DNA of 64,000 nucleotides. It comes from Lama guanicoe (Eukaryota). Under the pieces are notes generated by a model, which worked only from the letters and a program-made list of their open reading frames with translations, was not told the DNA's origin and did no database searches. Of this stretch, positions 1-12,089 are shown piece by piece (position 1 is the first letter of the stretch; each line of letters starts with the position of its first letter). The DNA is taken from positions 18,804,819 to 18,868,818 of the forward strand of contig MU054323.1 of the NCBI GenBank assembly GCA_013239625.1, read 5' to 3'. The translations under genes were made by a program, and so were the position numbers.

Positions 1-232
1 CTAGGAGTATTATAATTTTGCGTTTTACATTTAGATCTATTATCCATTTGGGGTTAATCGTACTGAAGGAGATGAGGAAGGCTGATATCTTCCAGAGTGC
101 AAAGTGATCTTGGAGTGTAAAGAGTTCAGGGTGTAAGATCAGTGGCTACATTCATTTTTTTGTTTTGCACGTGGTTGTCCAGTTGTTCCAGCCCCATTTC
201 TAGTAAAGACTGTTTTTGCTCCATTTTTTTGT
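1..232 (-). mobile_element. Old L1 (L1M-type) ORF2-region fragment, cut by the window edge
   Basis: Antisense L1 hallmark text: ttttacatttagatctattatccatttggggttaat ... gttgtccagttgttccagccccatttctagtaaagactg. Confidence 0.8.
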
Positions 233-439
233 TGCAGAACTGTCATATTTAGTACAACTAATATGTGCCTAGGAAATAAAATGATTCATATACAGAAGTA
301 CTTATTTTTCCTTACAATTTTTGTCTGTAAATAATGTGTTTATAAAACAAAATGATAAATTTTGAAATTTTTACCAAGATGAAGAGATACACTGGCCATC
401 AGATACTAAGTTAAATGTTATCTAAAACAGCTTGTGTCA

Positions 440-1274
440 GTAGCCCAGAGAGTTTGTGTCTTAGAAATACCTACTCCCTCCCCTCTGCCCCTCTGGGTCA
501 AACCTGCGTGAAATCCAGGGATAGACTTATGATGACAAGGTGGATCTGGTAGCATTTGAACTCTTGCCCAAGCAACTATCTAGGAGAATGAAGGGCTACG
601 CAAAGAGAGAACGAGTTTGGTGTGGACATTGGAAAACCTGAAGTTGCTCACCCTATCGATGGAGGTGCAGTTAAAGGAGCCAGCAGGGGAGTTTCCAAAG
701 AGCTAACAAAAGTGCCTACAAAAGGAAGCATCTGCTTGAAAAATCTGCCCATCCCCGGACATTTAAGACCTCTTTATACTTGCACCAGTCACATATGATC
801 TTGGTTTTCTTAATATTATTATTATTATTATTGGCCTCTCCTTTTTCTTTCTTCCATTCTAACTGAATAGAACTTCTTGTTAGTTAGCTTCAGGAGGATG
901 GGAGAAGCAGAATTTGGGAGAAGAGTGAGAAGGTACCACATTTCCTTCTTTCATTGCAAGCAGCCAACCCACAGCAGACCCCAGCTACAGAAAGGAAAAA
1001 AAATTGAACTCAATAAATTTACATTTTTGAGTATTTTGTCACTGGATTTATATTTATTGAATTTAGATTGTGTTTAGTAATTCTAATTGAGTATAGAATT
1101 TCTTATTACCTGTGAGTAGCCAAGAAATATCATGAGAGTGCCAGGGCTGAGAAAAACCTGCATTTACCATTCCTTGCCTGTTACTCGTGTTAAGTAAAGG
1201 AAAAGTAGGAGACAGCTATTCATTTGTTTTTATGATTGCATCATGTGAAACTGATTTCTCAACACACTGTTACA
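440..1274 (+). mobile_element. MamGypLTR1-like Gypsy-derived solo LTR (old)
   Basis: Matches recalled MamGypLTR1 motifs (ccccagctacagaaagg...ctggatttatatttattgaa...ttattacctgtgagtagccaagaaatatcatgagagtg) and ends in ...ctgttaca; 5' boundary approximate. Confidence 0.6.
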
Positions 1275-2600
1275 GACACACACACAAACATAGATATGGA
1301 ATTAGGTTCCCCTTTGAAATTAGCTTGAATTCAGGTCCACTTAATACCTTGGCCTAAGAGGTACTTAACAGATGGCAGTTTTCCCCCTTTTACACATTTA
1401 TGTATCTCATAGTACTGCTGATGGAAATGGAACCCTTTGGCCAATCACAGTATCTAGGTGTAAAAAGACCTGTACATAGGAGGTTGAGGTTTTACTGTAA
1501 AAAAAATCTTGTGCATTTTTCTAAAAGAGTTCTTAGCATGATGATTCCAGAAGAATTTACTGCCTGCCTCTTTGAATGAAACCAGTAATGGCCAACTGGA
1601 GGTCATGTTTTGAAAGGATGGTCTGCAGACCATCTACATCATTTGTTAAAAGACATGTTAGCTCCCACCCTATCTATACCTTGTAAGTAGGCCTGGGGAT
1701 GTCTGTCAGGCTTGCCTGGGGGTGCCTATAACACACTAAACAAGTCAAAAACTACTCTGTTAGTAGAAATCTCTGCTGTTTTTATAACTTTCTAGGTCAA
1801 ACAAATGAAAAATATTAACTTTCAGAATTTTGTTGAGCAAAAATCAACAGCAGTGGAACTCCTCTGTATTTTGTATAATTCTTCAGGTAGAGGCAAATTT
1901 GGGTATAAAATTTTTAGAGGAAATTTTCTCCCTTCATCTCTTTTTTCATTATGAATTCATTTTTAGTGTAAGCTCTTACTAAAACAAGGCTGAAAGCACA
2001 CTGTTAGGGCCACAGTTTTTTGGGTTTCCATAGCAATTCCTTAGAGAGAACAGACAAAATTGCCTTTTCAGGGTACCACGAGCAGTAGAGACACAAAGCA
2101 GACACAGAGGATATAAGCTTCGTGTTGAGTAGCAGTTCTTGACAGTGCACTGAACACCATCTCACCACCTGATGTCTTCCTTAAATTTTAGGTTGCTCCC
2201 CTAGCCCATGGTGGCTAACTTACTTTCAAATTCTGAATAAGATTAGTGCTCAATCAAGCATTTTTTTACCTTCACATTTTTCTATGATATACCCCATTTA
2301 GGTTTCTCAAAACTGTGGAGAATCAGTAGATTTTTGTTTTTATCATTGGTAGGTTGTCCATAGCACTTTTCTGCAGAGCTAAAACAGGTATAAAAACATT
2401 GGCTAAGGGATACCATATTGAAAAAATTGTTTGTCTCAAAGAAATTCTATTAATGTATTATTTTCTTTTGTTTTTTGTTAGAACTTGCTGATTTATTGTA
2501 CATTTTTGTTGAGTCTCATACTTCTCCATCCTAGACAGAGAAAATGATGGCTCAAGTGTAACAAAAGATGTGTACAGCATATTTAAATTTGTCTCAATAT

Positions 2601-2748
2601 GCACATGTTTAAATTTAAATTAATTAAAATTAAATGTAAATTTTAGTACTCCAGTTGCACTAGTCACATTTCAAGTGCTCAAAAGCCCCGTGGGGCTTGT
2701 GTCTAACGTTTTGGATAGCACAGATACAGAATGTTTCTATTGGACCAA
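2601..2748. mobile_element. MER3/MER33 hAT-Charlie MITE fragment
   Basis: tttaaatttaaattaattaaaattaaa...gcactagtcacatttcaagtgctcaa...ttggatagcacagata matches the MER3/MER33 core. Confidence 0.8.
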
Positions 2749-3668
2749 GTTTCTCTAGATTCTTACTTCTTTTATTCATAGGAGTATAATTGGCTTCCCA
2801 ATAATGTTCCAGATTTTCAAAGAAAGAATGACATATTCTGTGTGTCTCATTTTAGAAGTCAAAGAAACAGAGAACACATTTTAAAACATTTGTTCCAATT
2901 TTAAATATGACAGTCTGAGAACTTAAAGTGGTTAGTTAGGATTTATTTACCTGAGTAATCTGTGATGTGGATACTGGAATGTTAAGTAATATTGTTTTAT
3001 TGTTTTCTATATTCTTAAAAGACTTAAGATTTGAAGTTTTATGATACAGTGGAATATGAAGATTGTGTCATAGGAAGGTGGTATAAAAAATAAAAATGAA
3101 AACAGGCTACCTGACTATAGTGTCCATAATCTTAACCACTGTGTTATGAGTGAATGAAAAATGTTAATATTTTCATTTCTAACTAATGAGGGAGCTGACA
3201 GTATAACACAAAGTGTTTGTTGTGCTAGGTTAGGACTGTTGAATTTGGTCTTCATCCAGTCCCACATGTAGGAGAAATGATGGAATAACCTCATGGCATG
3301 CTTTCAGTTAGAGGACTAACTGTATGTACAGTTTTAGCACATAATCTCTGGTGGGTTGGAAGTCTACCTCCAAAGCAAAGGAGTGTCTTCCTGTGATAAG
3401 ATGCAAAGAATCATTCCTGCATGAGTCAGATTCCATGAGCTGTTGTGCTAAGGACTTAATACAGATAGCTGGCGAGAAGGAGAAATCATGTAAATTAGAT
3501 GGAGTGGCAGTTAGACTTCATACTTTATTTTGTATCATGCTGTTTAAACATAACGATTTCAACTGTGTCAGATGAAACAAGGGATACAGCCATACTGAGG
3601 TGACTAAGAGAAGCTCCTTGGCCGACATATTGAAGAACATTTTAAACATACTCCTATGAGATAGTGGA

Positions 3669-3857
3669 AGGCTTGTCAGATAAAATACAGGATGCTTACC
3701 AGTGTCAGTTGGAATTTCAGATAGACAACAGACACTTTTTTATATGTCTCAAATATTGCATGGGGAATACTTATACTAAAAACGATTATTTGTTGTTTAT
3801 CTAAAATTCAAATTTAACTTGAATTCCTGCATTTTGTTTGCTAAATGTGGCAGCCCA
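3669..3857. mobile_element. MER53 palindromic hAT MITE
   Basis: Ends aggcttgtcagataaaatacagga / tggcagccca, with internal inverted arms gaatttcagatagacaac / ttgtttatctaaaattcaaattt. Confidence 0.85.
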
Positions 3858-4054
3858 AGGTAGGAATTATGATTCGCCAACTAACCATCTTTCTCACTCT
3901 GTGTGCTTTGAGCAGTTTAATTGTCCTGTAGGGAAAAGACAGAGTAGGCTGCTTACTGGTTGTGAATAGCCAAGGAACCACTGAGCCAAGACATTCTTTG
4001 CAGGGGGTTTACATTTGAACTAATACATAAAATTACTTGATAATTAACTGTAAT

Positions 4055-4084
4055 TATATATATATATATATCATATATATATAT
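4055..4084. repeat. (TA)n microsatellite, interrupted
   Basis: Direct reading. Confidence 0.9.
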
Positions 4085-5619
4085 GATAAAGCCAAAATTA
4101 AGCTATTATAACGTGACAGTTTGACCCAACATGTATTGAGGAGTCTTACCTTTTGCTCAGCCTCCACTGTCCTGAATATCCCATCAGCATCCTCTAAGTG
4201 TGGTTCTTCCCTAGGGACGTCTGGCACAGCTGTACCCTTGGGAATCACCGTGCTACTGTACTGCTGTTCACACAAGCCTCCCTTGCCTTTTCAAGTCCAG
4301 GGAATAGATGCTTGGTGATGAGCTGATTCCCGCTTCCCATTCTCCAACAGGGAATAACACTGCCAAAATGGAGCTAAGGCATACTAGAAATAAAAATGGC
4401 TTGAGATAACTTGTATTTGAAGATACAGTAGACTGCTCTCTTTTCCTCTTATTTCATCTTGGGGAAAAGAGAATTTCAGTAAAAATGGTAGACAGGCATC
4501 TACCACACTGAGAGAGTCTTCTGTATTCCAGAAGAAAGTGATCCCGGATTCCCCTCTTTCTTCAGCACGGGTACCTGCTGACCATCAAGCTCAATCCCTG
4601 TCTCCTTTAATATGATGGATATGTAGGAAGTAAATGATCTTGTTATTCTTGCAGACATGGAAAAGGAACCCAAATAGCAAGCAGTTCAGTTAAGTCCAGA
4701 TCCCTGGGTGTTGATGGTTGGTTTTGAAGTATAAAAGTTGACAAAGGATCATAAAGAGATGATAAGAGATATACCTTGTGGCTAGTCTATTTCTAGTAGC
4801 AAATAGCTTCTCTTTGTAAGGCTCCTCCAACCACACCTCATCTTCTGTTCCTCCATTTGATATTATGTTGGTTTCTGGAACAGTAATGGGCTAGGTACGG
4901 CTGTATACAGAATGAAAAAAAAATTCTCCTGAACTGTGTAAGTCTATGTTAAAAATGTATATTTTTGTTAAGTTTCTGAGGGACTATATTGTGGATCTCC
5001 ACCTGGTACAAGATTGATAAAATCTCTGAAGTTACTGGAAGTCAGGGCAATATATATATATATATTTCACATATCCCAGGCCTCAATAAGTCTTGAAAAT
5101 GAAAACCTTGAAACTGCCTTAACTAATAAGAAAAGCTATAGTCTCTCCTCTTCCGTAATCTTTAAACCCACAAATGCAGGCACTGCCAACCAATGCACAC
5201 ACAAGTGTATTTTTATTGACTGTGAACATAATGGGCACTATAATGGTCCACTGTTCACCACTGCACAGCAGCCCGAGACATGCAGTGCTAACAAAAATTT
5301 TGATCAAAGCTTAAGGCTCATAATGCTGGAAAATCCAGTAGTCAAAGCAAGCACTCAAATTTTCTATCTGCTTCCCAAGAAATAAACAAAAGGCCTTCTG
5401 TTGGATGATACAGAGGAGAAACATAATCGTAATACAGAGAGAAGCAGCTTATCCAAAAAGAATGAACTAGCTGAAAAATGTTTCTCATTGAAGTCTCCGT
5501 GGTAAATTCTGAATTTATATTATTTTAAAGACTTAACTTTTGTTTCTGATTCAATTGACCAGTCTCTTGAAGGATAGTCTCACTATGGGCCAAATGAAAT
5601 CACTGTAGGCCTCTGTGGT

Positions 5620-6105
5620 TGGGACTGACTTCAGCAGCATATAATGCAAAACCCAAATTAAAGAGGCTTTAGAAGAATGGGAGCTTCATTTTGTCTCAGA
5701 GAAGCTGTGAAGATAGTGATGTGTCTTCACAGGGCTGGTATGGCTGCTTCACTGACATGAGGAAATCCTGTGTCTTTTTATCTTTCTCTTCCATTGTTCC
5801 TAGCACTTCTTTTCCATCTTTGGGGTTGCCTTGTGCTAAAGGAGGACTATTGTAATTCCAGACAATACATCTGTATTCCAGGGAGGCGAATGAGGAAGCC
5901 AGGGAAACTAAAGGGGAAAATGTCCGTCTTTAAAAAATTTCCTGTATATCCTGTCTGATGACTTCTGCTATATTTCACTGGATGCAAAGAAGACTGAGAT
6001 GTGTAATATTTTATTCAGTTATTTTGTTGCACTAGATAAAGTCAGGTTCTATTAGTAACGAGAAGTACAGAATTGATACTAGGTGAGCAATTAACAGTAT
6101 CTGCC
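5620..6105 (-). mobile_element. Old MaLR LTR (MLT1J/K/L-like)
   Basis: Right end caggttctattagtaacgagaag...ggtgagcaattaacagtatctgcc is the reverse complement of the MLT1J/K start. Confidence 0.65.
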
Positions 6106-8374
6106 TTTGTATCAGTTTACTGCTGTAGTAATAATTATCTAAAAAAATCTTTATTTGATATTTTTCTAAATGCTTGTTAGCATTCTGCTATACTTCCATT
6201 CAGAACAAAACAAAATTTTATTTCAAATTGCTTCAAGCTTTATGACTGCTACTTAAAATTAAGCATCTCAAAGTCCTGAAATAAAGGGCACCATTATAAG
6301 GTTATATTTTTCAGATGAAAAGGTAGAACAGAAGAAATACGAAGGGAAATGATTGGAGAGTTTTGACTTGAGGGTGACACAATTGCAATTCTGTTTAAGA
6401 ACACAACTACAGAGGATAAACTTTTGTTTTTCAAGTCAGTAAGAAAAGATGGGTGAGTCTAGGATCTTGCGATCTCACCTCTCTTGAGAAAAATTCCTAC
6501 TTACAGGCCCCCAACTTCTCACTTTTATGTTAATTGGTTACTTGAATTCTTTGGTCTTTTGAATGTCTATAGAACTGATCTCAGTACATCTGCTTCTTGA
6601 AGATATCTTTCCCTCACCATGACTCATTATCCTTAAGTTTGAACCTCTTTTCTCTGATAAATCATCTACCTTTATTCCACCCCTATTCTATCTTTATTTA
6701 TTTTGGTTACAATAAATAGAGTTCTCTTTTTAAAAAACAATTTAGATAGAGGTCATATTGTGTTTCTGATTTTAAAAAAATTAGGAAGAGTTTGTACTGT
6801 GTTTCTGGTTTTTGTTCACTTTGGTGTTTTTGAGCAAATTTCAAAAGAAAGGTATGGTAATATGTTTGTTTTTACCATCTTACTTTGGAAATTCTACTCC
6901 TGTTACATCTGGAGATGTTCAGGAGAGAAGCACTGGCCCTGAGTAGCACTCACTGCCCGGCTGTCTCGCACAGACGCAGAGCACCTAACATTAATACTCG
7001 TGTAATACCGCAGCAGTGTCGATACCCTTGCTTACACGTTTTGCAGTGTCGAATGCTTGTTTCGGTCATCCATGAGCAGGTGCCAGTTTAATATAAGGGT
7101 GTCTTCTAATATTTGGCCACTGAATATTATTAGCAATACTGCACTGAAAGAGAACATTGGTAAGAAAACAGTAAAATGTACTCTCATCATTAAGAGTCAC
7201 CAGAGGGTAGTTTTGAACAGAAGTGAAATACTTGTGAGCAGTGTGTTCTGGCTCAAAAATAGTAATCAAACCATCTGGCTTAAAGCAATAAAGCAATTTT
7301 CTTTGATGCCCTGGCATCTACTTGAGAAATTCTTGTCTCCTCTTTACATTTGTTTTGGTACTAAAAAGTTTTCTATTTCTTGTCACCTAAAGAAAATGAC
7401 CAGTAAACTTATTTATACCAGAGTGTTTGGTACTCATTATCTTTTTCTAAAACAACTCACATTTAAAGAGGTAAACTGGAGAGAAAGAGCAGTGATTAAA
7501 TAAAATTGCATGCTGAACTTCAAGCTTGGGGATAGCTGTGGAGATGGGAGGCCCTTCCAGTGTCCCAGTCATGCTATTCTCTACAACACTGGTCCTCATC
7601 ATAAGGATTATGTTGTTATAGCCAGGAAAATGAACAGGTCAAGGGCAAAGCTTAGAGATGTGGCATTAGGGAGTCGGAGTTGTGAGATACATTTTTCAAA
7701 ATACTTAGAAAAGCTCATTCAGAAAAAGCTATTTTCAATAAGAAATGAGTGTTAAACATCAAAAGGAAAAAAGGGCAAAACAGGGGCAACTCTAGGGGAC
7801 TACTTACAATTCAGTCTGTGTCTTCCAGCAATTCATTCCTACATCTCTCTGAAATAGTTGTATATACTCTTGAAGGACACAATAAAACATTCAAAAGTAG
7901 AACGTATGAAGCTTATCTATTTTCTGAGTTTATGTTCAGTAGCATACAGGTGAGCATGATTCTAAAAGTTTAAAATCTGATTCTGTGTATTTCAAGAATC
8001 CCATATCACCACCTCTGTTTGACTTGTTTCCTGTAAAAAGTGCATATTTAGTTTTTAAAATCTAAGTTATTAGGAGACAATTTTATTGTAAGATGTTATT
8101 CTACATTTTAGGTACTACATGAAATCACTGGAAATACACAGACATTATCTTCTTCTGTGAATTGATTAGGATTCTCAAATATAGTAAAAGTGAACAAATA
8201 ATGAGTGTAATCCTTACAACTTAAAATGATAAGTATTTTAGAAGTTTTTAACCCTGAAGTTCAGAGTCTTTGTGCATAGAGAAACTATTTAAGTGGAAGC
8301 ATGCTCTTTTCTATTTTTGGTTAATGCGTTTAAATTACTGTACTCTATTGTGCATCATGGCTCAAACCCACAGT

Positions 8375-9480
8375 TCCAGTTGTAGTTTCCTGGTTCTTGC
8401 ATGCAGCTAAGATATCGTGATGCTGGAATCAAAAGAAGGAATGGCAATTTCCAGATTCCAGCTAAGACAAATTTTCCCTTGGTGATCTGTTTCTGAAGTG
8501 CTTGGTATTCTAGGAGTCATTTTGAAGGCCTAGCTGGGAACTTGCTCTTCTAAGGCCTTGCAATCATTTTATAAATACTCGTTCCCTTATAGCAAATATT
8601 CTTTGCTTAATATTGCTAGAGAGTTTGTTACCTGAAACCAAGTCTTTATCAATGAAGTATTTGGCACCAGAAGTAGTTGCAGGGAATAAACTCTTAAGGA
8701 TGGGAAACTGATTGATTCTCTGACATGGTTGGTTTAAAAGTAGAAATCATCTCTTTTTCTACTGCAGAATGCCACATTCATAGGTTGGTGCCCAGTGTGG
8801 AAAGCAGTACTGAAGTTTCACCTATGAATGTACAGCTGTGTCAGATTAAGTGATAGCCTCCATAGTACACTGTAACAGCCACACCGAATTAGAAGACTAT
8901 GAGGCAGGCTGTTTCTAATCCTGCCGAATAACATAAAAATAAAAATAATAGAATCAGGGCTTTAAATTCTAGGCTCAAGTTGCAATCAGAGAAACAGGAA
9001 GTGTCTATGATCCCTCTAAATTAATTTCTTTCCTGAATTAGCTGAAGGGCTAAAATAGATAATGATCAAACAAAATCTGATCCTGTGAGATGCTGTATTG
9101 CAAAATAGACTAAATCTACAAACTCCCTAGATCCCCTACATGAAAGTTGACTGTGAAAAGAAGATGCCTCGTCAAAATAGAATTTGGCATTTGAATGATT
9201 TTGATTTTATAGGTGCAGTTATTCTAAATGCCCAAACTCCAAAGAGCCTCCTCGACAAGCAGAGCCATTTCCCTCATCTCTTGAGTGGGAGCTTGCTTTA
9301 TTGGAGAGCTGACATGACCTCACAAGTCGCCTTGGAAGGGAATAGCAATTATCTTCTTACTCTACCACTACTATCTAATTTCCTTCAGAATTATATTTAG
9401 TATCAGATCCCCGCACACCACAAAGGCCAATTATAATGTCAAACCAAGGAAAAGAAAATTTACATGCCAAAATAAGTTCA
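8375..9480 (+). mobile_element. ERVL-type LTR 3' part (LTR16/LTR33-like), followed by a primer-binding site and decayed internal sequence
   Basis: LTR-like end ...gcttaatattgctagagagtttgttacctgaaaccaag, then TGGCACCAGAAGTAG at 8662-8676, resembling the ERVL tRNA-Leu PBS. Confidence 0.55.
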
Positions 9481-9514
9481 AGATAATAGTAGATTGTATT
9501 TCGGTTTAAAATAT

Positions 9515-9880
9515 GTCCAGTGTTTTCCCCCTCTAGCAAATTAGCACATCCTTATCTGATTGACTTCAGGCTTGGCCATAAGGCTTAATGTGGCGGATGG
9601 AAGGTGAGTAGAATTGGTGTATGCAAACTTCCGAGAAGTTTTTCATAATTTCCGAGAAGTTTTCAGAGCCATTATGTGATCTGCTACCATGTGTCTTCCC
9701 TTGCCACAAAAGCAACAATTTCCAGAAAGTTCCTCATGTTCCAGCTTGGGTTCTAGAATGAAGACAACATAGAACAGACTATGGCCAACCCACAAAGGAG
9801 ATATGACATGAGAAATATTATGTGTGTGTGTGTGTGTGTGTGTATTTTGCCTTTACTGGATTCTGAAATTGCCATCCCGA
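9515..9880 (+). mobile_element. MaLR LTR (MLT1H/I-like) containing a (TG)n tract
   Basis: attgacttcaggcttggccata...ccagcttgggttctagaatgaagacaacatagaacagac...atgagaaata; (TG)n at about 9820-9842. Confidence 0.7.
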
Positions 9881-10239
9881 CTTTTGGTTTTGGGATCATA
9901 ACACCTTAACTTCACTCAAGAATCAGAAAACCACTCCTTGAACTGCTGGTTCAAACTGTGCTGCTAGACCCAGGAAAGAGTGTCTCTCATTCCACCACCT
10001 TTGACTCCACTCAATGAGGTTAGCAATAAGAGACCCGTATGTGTCCATCTGACTTGTGTGAGCACTAAAACACATCCGTAACCCAGCGAGAGAGTCCGAG
10101 AAATCTTGTACTTTGAGTTCTAATTTTAAAGGAAGGAATTTAAGAATAAAGTTGAAAATAATAAATATAATTAATAATAAAGAATAAATTAAAATACATA
10201 AAAATAAATAAGTATTCAATATTTTTAAAGCCTATCTTC

Positions 10240-10880
10240 AGTATGCATAGTGTTATTCTATTTTATTTTCTGTTGTTTCTGTTGAGAAGTCTGTTTTCAA
10301 CTTACTGTTTTCCTCAATAGATTTTTTAAAAATTGGCCTGTAGTTGCATTTAATGTCTTCTCTTATTTGTCATGCTGTAACTCTTCTGTGTCATTTCTAG
10401 GTGTGCATTAATTTTTCTCTTCTCTTTTTAAGACTCATGCTTTCTGAATGTAAGAATTTATGTACTTCAGTAATTCTTAAAAATTCTCGTTATATTTTCT
10501 CTTGCCTAGTCACTCTGGTATCTCTGGTTGGATGTCTATTATAGATGTGTATTTACATATATATGTGCATACAAATGTATACACACATATAAAACCTTAT
10601 AATATACCTTTAACCTTACTTCTGTACTATCTGGTATCATTTTCTCATCTGTGTAATCCAGATAAGCAGTAATCTCAGCAGTATTTAACCTGGTAATTCA
10701 CCCACTGGTTTATCTCAATGACTATATTATTTACAACTTGAAGTTCTGTTTTGGTCTTCTGTGAAGCTGGCAGGTATTTCTTCCATAGCATCATGCTACT
10801 GCTTCTTTTAATAATGCAGTTACTTAAAATAAACATGTAATAGCTCTCTGCTCATTCTGTTATCTGAAATTCTTTAGAGA
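10240..10880 (-). mobile_element. Very old L1 ORF1-region fragment
   Basis: T-rich antisense text: tgttgtttctgttgagaagtctg, ttctgaatgtaagaatttatgtacttcagtaattcttaaaaattctc. Confidence 0.6.
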
Positions 10881-10882
10881 GT

Positions 10883-11065
10883 ATAGTAGTTGAATGATGG
10901 ACCCTCAAGAATATATATTTTAATCCCTAGAACCTGCCGATGTTACCTTATTCCGAAAAATGGTCTTTACAGATGTAATTAAATTAGGAATATGGAGCTG
11001 AGATCATCCTGGATTATCTGAGTGGTCTCTTAGCCTAGTGATAAGAGCTCTTATATGAGACAGAA
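10883..11065 (+). mobile_element. MLT1C/D LTR 5' fragment
   Basis: ttgaatgatggaccctcaag...taatccctagaacctg...tgttaccttatt...gtctttacagatgtaattaaattagg...gagatcatcctggattatctgagtgg. Confidence 0.8.
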
Positions 11066-11424
11066 CAAAATCTGGCTTTTCTTGTCTCTGTCTGCTCCCC
11101 CTCAGGGTTGATGAGTTACTCATGCACTTAGTATATTTAGACTGTGGAACTCTTGTGTGATAAAGAGTTTTATGCAGACTGGGCATAGGACATGTCCCTT
11201 TTAAAAGGTTGTACATAAATGATTCCAGAAGACTGAGGAGTGTCACTAGCCTGGAACACTTTTTCATAATGTTTCTCATGTTAACTTTTTATACTTTGGA
11301 GGCTTCTAATGGATCCAGATGGTAAAAATGTGACCCTCAGATTGTGGGTAGGTAGGGCAGTTGATAGTGAATTCCCTGAGAATATTTCTTCCTGTCCTGG
11401 CCATCTCTTCAACATTAATTATGT

Positions 11425-11532
11425 CTTTTCTTTAAATTAATAAATTAATTTAAAATGGAGGTACTGGGGATTGAATCCAGGACCCTGTGCATGCTAAGCA
11501 CAGGCTCTACCACTGAGCTATTACCCTCCCCC
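11425..11532 (-). mobile_element. tRNA(Ala)-derived short SINE, camelid vic-1 type
   Basis: Reverse strand reads GGGGAGGGTAATAGCTCAGTGGTAGAGCCTGTGCTTAGCATGCACAGGGTCCTGGATTCAATCCCCAGTACCTCCA plus an A/T-rich tail; pol III A and B boxes visible. Confidence 0.85.
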
Positions 11533-12089
11533 CACCTCTAGCATTAATTAGTTTTGTTTTAGCTCACCCCTTCTTGAGAATTTAATACTCTCCTATTGTA
11601 ATCACTCTTTGTTTTGAATCTCTGATCATTCTTTAATTTTATGCAAGAGCAATTATGGATTTTAAAGGACTTAAAATTATTTATTTCAGTATTTATTTCT
11701 AAGTAATTTGTAGCATGCAGTATAACAGGATGTATGATTGGCTTACATTTGTAGCAGAGACCCAAATGTTGTACATTCCAAATACATATTAAATCATAAA
11801 ATAAGATTTTAACAGAGCCCATAATAAAGTTGCAATTTCATGATTATGGTTATGTCACCATTGAAAGGAAAATGGCTGAAAGGTTTATGAGATTTCTCTT
11901 TATTAACTTAGACAAAGGCATGTAAATCTATAATTATCTCAAAACATTTTCAAAATAAAAATAAAATTGGTTAAGCCACACTCAAATTTATTTCATTTTC
12001 ACCTGGGAGATAAGCGAACTCCAGATGGAGACAGCTTAGGATTTTATACTTATTTAGGACTTGGGCTGTTTTAAGCTTTCTGTTCTATA

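Noticed and set aside
7057..7503. 148-aa ORF
   Set aside because: Non-ATG start, composition typical of random AT-rich DNA, and no domain or splice support.
11455..11532. Possible tRNA-Ala gene
   Set aside because: Genomically encoded CCA plus an A/T-rich tail and imperfect stems indicate a SINE.
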